A stretch of 64,000 nucleotides of DNA from assembly GCA_017470815.1 (NCBI GenBank), contig JAFUXT010000030.1, positions 24,561 to 88,560 of the forward strand. Direction: 5' to 3'. This DNA comes from a bacterium. Lineage in GTDB: Bacteria > Cyanobacteriota > Vampirovibrionia > Gastranaerophilales > Gastranaerophilaceae. The position numbers were made by a program, and so were the translations under genes. The stretch's first letter is position 1, and each line of letters begins with the position of its first letter. A model generated the notes under the pieces. The model saw only the letters and a list, made by a program, of their open reading frames with translations, did not search any database and was not told the DNA's origin. Of this stretch, positions 61,864 through 64,000 are shown one piece after another.

Positions 61864-61986
61864 AATCCTCACTTATACACTATTAACATTCATAATTTAT
61901 AACAAACAAAACTTTTATTCAAGATTTTACAAAAAATAGCAAAAAATTTTATTATGCGTTTTATAACAAAAAAAAGGAGTTTATAT

Positions 61987-62517
61987 ATGAAAGTTTCAAA
62001 CATTCAAAACAACAGTTTATATTGTACTAACAGCGTATCATTTAAAGCTGCAACAAATTTTGACAGAATTTTACCTGCAAACAAAGGCATAATATCAAAA
62101 AAATCGGTAAAATTGATTAATGAATTAAATTCTTGCATAGATAAAGAATGGTCAGATATTAAGCAAGGGAAAAAGATAGCGGAAAAACCGATTTTCCAAA
62201 TTTTAGACGGAAAGAAACATGTTACATTTGAACCGGTTTATGCCCAAAAATATCCTGCTTTGCTAATAGATATTAATGACGGAAAATACACTGAAAAAAT
62301 TCTAATGAACAGAGATAATCCTAACAATTTCAGATATGAAAAAGTTATTAAAACAGATCACGGAAGTGCAACTTTAAAGACTTACAGTTCAATAAACGGC
62401 GGGAATAAAGAAATAGACAGATTTGTTAATAATATTGTAGAAAATAATCTTGAAAGAATACTTTCAAACAAAATGTGGGACAGAATTTTAAACCGTATTG
62501 AAGAAGGTATTGATTAA
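61987..62517 (+). CDS. Hypothetical protein, 176 aa
   Basis: Start re-placed to ATG 61987 with RBS AAAGGAG at 61973-61979. N-terminus MKVSNIQNNS...VSFKA. No family recognised. Confidence 0.5.
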   Translation: MKVSNIQNNSLYCTNSVSFKAATNFDRILPANKGIISKKSVKLINELNSCIDKEWSDIKQGKKIAEKPIFQILDGKKHVTFEPVYAQKYPALLIDINDGKYTEKILMNRDNPNNFRYEKVIKTDHGSATLKTYSSINGGNKEIDRFVNNIVENNLERILSNKMWDRILNRIEEGID

Positions 62518-63716
62518 TATTTGGACTCAAATATTTTTACAGCCCTATCTAAAATTCCTAAGCAATATGAAATTGCTATGCCGTAATTTGTAATCGGCAC
62601 TCCGGCCTTATTTGCGAGCAAAATTCTTGATAGAACTTCTCTGCGATTTGTCATGCATGCACCACAATGAATAATGAGTTTATAATCGGAAACATTTGGA
62701 AAATCATGCCCTGAGAAATTTTCTATGAGCAAATTTTTACCTGTCTTTTTTCTTAAAAGATTTGGAATTTTGACTTTACCTATATCATCTTCAATTGCAT
62801 GGTGAGTACAACTTTCCAAAATCAAAACTTTATCTCCGTCTTTTAAGGTATCAATTGCCTTTGCCCCATCAATAAATGCATTTAAATCACCTTTCAAACG
62901 GGCAAAAAGAATTGAAAATGAAGTTAAATCAATACTATCAGGTACAATTTCATTTACTTTTTTAAATGCCTGTGAGTCAGTTACGACAAGTATTGGAGGA
63001 GTTTTTAAATTATCAAGTGCATTTTTCAACTCGGTATCTCTTACAGCAAGAGCAACACAACCACTGTCTAACAAATCTCTCAATGTCTGAACTTGCGGTA
63101 ATATAATCCTGCCTTTAGGTGCCTCTTTATCAATAGGAATGACCATCACGACAGTAGAACCACTTGGCACAATATCACCGACAATTTTTGGTGTATTTAT
63201 GAAATCATCAGGTAAAAGTTCAATCAATAATGATTTAAATTTATAAACAATTTCACTATCATCTTTTGCGGAAGTTATTAAAATATTTTTAGTGTAATTC
63301 TTTATTACATTTAATTTTTCATCCGATATTTCTTTAATATCAGATTTATTTACAACAACAATAAAAGGAATTTTTAAATCCACGAATTTTTCAATAAGAG
63401 AAATATCAAAATCATCTATCCCTTTATAATCGCAGACCAAAACGGCAACATCAGTTCTGTTTAAAATTTTTAATGTTTTTTCAAGTCTTTGTTCGCCTAA
63501 TTCTGTATTGTCATCTATACCTGCACTATCAAGAAAATTTACAGGACCGACAGGCAAAAGTTCCATTGACTTTTCAACAACATCCGTCGTTGTACCCGCA
63601 ATATCAGATACAATTGAAACATCCTGTCCTGTTATTCTGTTTAACAGAGAGGATTTACCGACATTAGTTTTACCAAAAATACCTATATGAAGCCTGTTTG
63701 ATTTTAATGAATTCAT
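62514..63716 (-). CDS. hydF: [FeFe]-hydrogenase H-cluster maturation GTPase HydF
   Basis: G1 GKTNVGKSS and G2/G3 (GTTTD, DSAG). C-terminal cluster ligands ESCTHH...IHCGACM (the CxH...HCxxC pattern of HydF). Confidence 0.85.
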   Translation of the reverse strand: MNSLKSNRLHIGIFGKTNVGKSSLLNRITGQDVSIVSDIAGTTTDVVEKSMELLPVGPVNFLDSAGIDDNTELGEQRLEKTLKILNRTDVAVLVCDYKGIDDFDISLIEKFVDLKIPFIVVVNKSDIKEISDEKLNVIKNYTKNILITSAKDDSEIVYKFKSLLIELLPDDFINTPKIVGDIVPSGSTVVMVIPIDKEAPKGRIILPQVQTLRDLLDSGCVALAVRDTELKNALDNLKTPPILVVTDSQAFKKVNEIVPDSIDLTSFSILFARLKGDLNAFIDGAKAIDTLKDGDKVLILESCTHHAIEDDIGKVKIPNLLRKKTGKNLLIENFSGHDFPNVSDYKLIIHCGACMTNRREVLSRILLANKAGVPITNYGIAISYCLGILDRAVKIFESKY

Positions 63717-63732
63717 AACACAATTTTTGCAT

Positions 63733-63760
63733 AAAAAAACCGACTTGTAAAAGCCGGTCT
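63733..63760 (-). terminator. Rho-independent terminator of rpsO
   Basis: Minus-strand GACCGGC-(8 nt)-GTCGGTT (7 bp including 2 G-U pairs) followed by T7. Confidence 0.45.
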
Positions 63761-63770
63761 TTTTTTGAGA

Positions 63771-64000
63771 TTAACCTCTGATTTTTAACTTTTTAATCAA
63801 ATCTCTGTATTCGTCAAGATTTTTAGATTTTACATAAGAAAGAAGTTTCTTTCTTTTACCTACCATCATCAAAAGACCTCTTTTTGTTGCGAAATCTTTT
63901 TTGTTTGATTTAAGGTGTTCGGTAAGTTGAGCAATTTTTGCAGTCATCATAGCAATTTGAACTGCTGAATTACCTGTATCTTTTTCATTTTTACCGAATT
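63771..64000 (-). CDS. rpsO: 30S ribosomal protein S15, 5' end beyond the window edge (not in the ORF track)
   Basis: Manual translation of the minus strand gives ...FGKNEKDTGNSAVQIAMMTAKIAQLTEHLKSNKKDFATKRGLLMMVGKRKKLLSYVKSKNLDEYRDLIKKLKIRG*. This is colinear with E. coli S15 ([43 protein letters not shown]). Confidence 0.9.
   Translation of the reverse strand, partial: FGKNEKDTGNSAVQIAMMTAKIAQLTEHLKSNKKDFATKRGLLMMVGKRKKLLSYVKSKNLDEYRDLIKKLKIRG

Overview
This is a densely coding, AT-rich 64-kb chromosomal segment made up mostly of core housekeeping genes. They include smc-scpA-scpB, an envelope cluster (M23 peptidase, LptD-like protein, class II aldolase, lpxI, lpxB), sdaAA/sdaAB and RNase E/G with a fused radical-SAM protein. 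Also present are yajQ, tyrS, cysE, gatD, tatD, polA, clpX-clpP-tig, rpsP, ftsZ, tsf-rpsB, rpsT, plsY, holB-holA, fba, hydF and a partial rpsO. LPS genes together with desulfoferrodoxin, HydF, a prepilin-like gene and an RpaB-like response regulator suggest an anaerobic diderm, possibly Melainabacteria-like; that is inference only. I found no rRNA, tRNA, CRISPR array, transposase or prophage. One RNA gene is clear: a long, Alu-domain-type SRP RNA at about 7158-7417. Five things are not explained by standard annotation. (1) A 2.3-copy tandem array of a ~140-nt GC-rich structured element sits between the SRP RNA and dfx. (2) A repeat family built from two interleaved 11-bp inverted repeats (pseudoknot topology) occurs three times in 1.6 kb around small orphan genes, with a hairpin-type variant at 31851. 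(3) A tightly packed operon encodes a TSCPD protein, an orphan OmpR-type response regulator and a membrane-anchored SF2 helicase. (4) Diverging from that operon is a 1995-aa protein whose only recognisable signature is a split papain-like Q/C...H...NSWG pattern. (5) There is a ~350-nt AT-rich gene-free region with ordered repeats upstream of a tiny wHTH gene. Product calls come from motifs read by eye and recalled family knowledge. No searches were run. The ORF track uses alternative start codons, and several starts are re-placed below.
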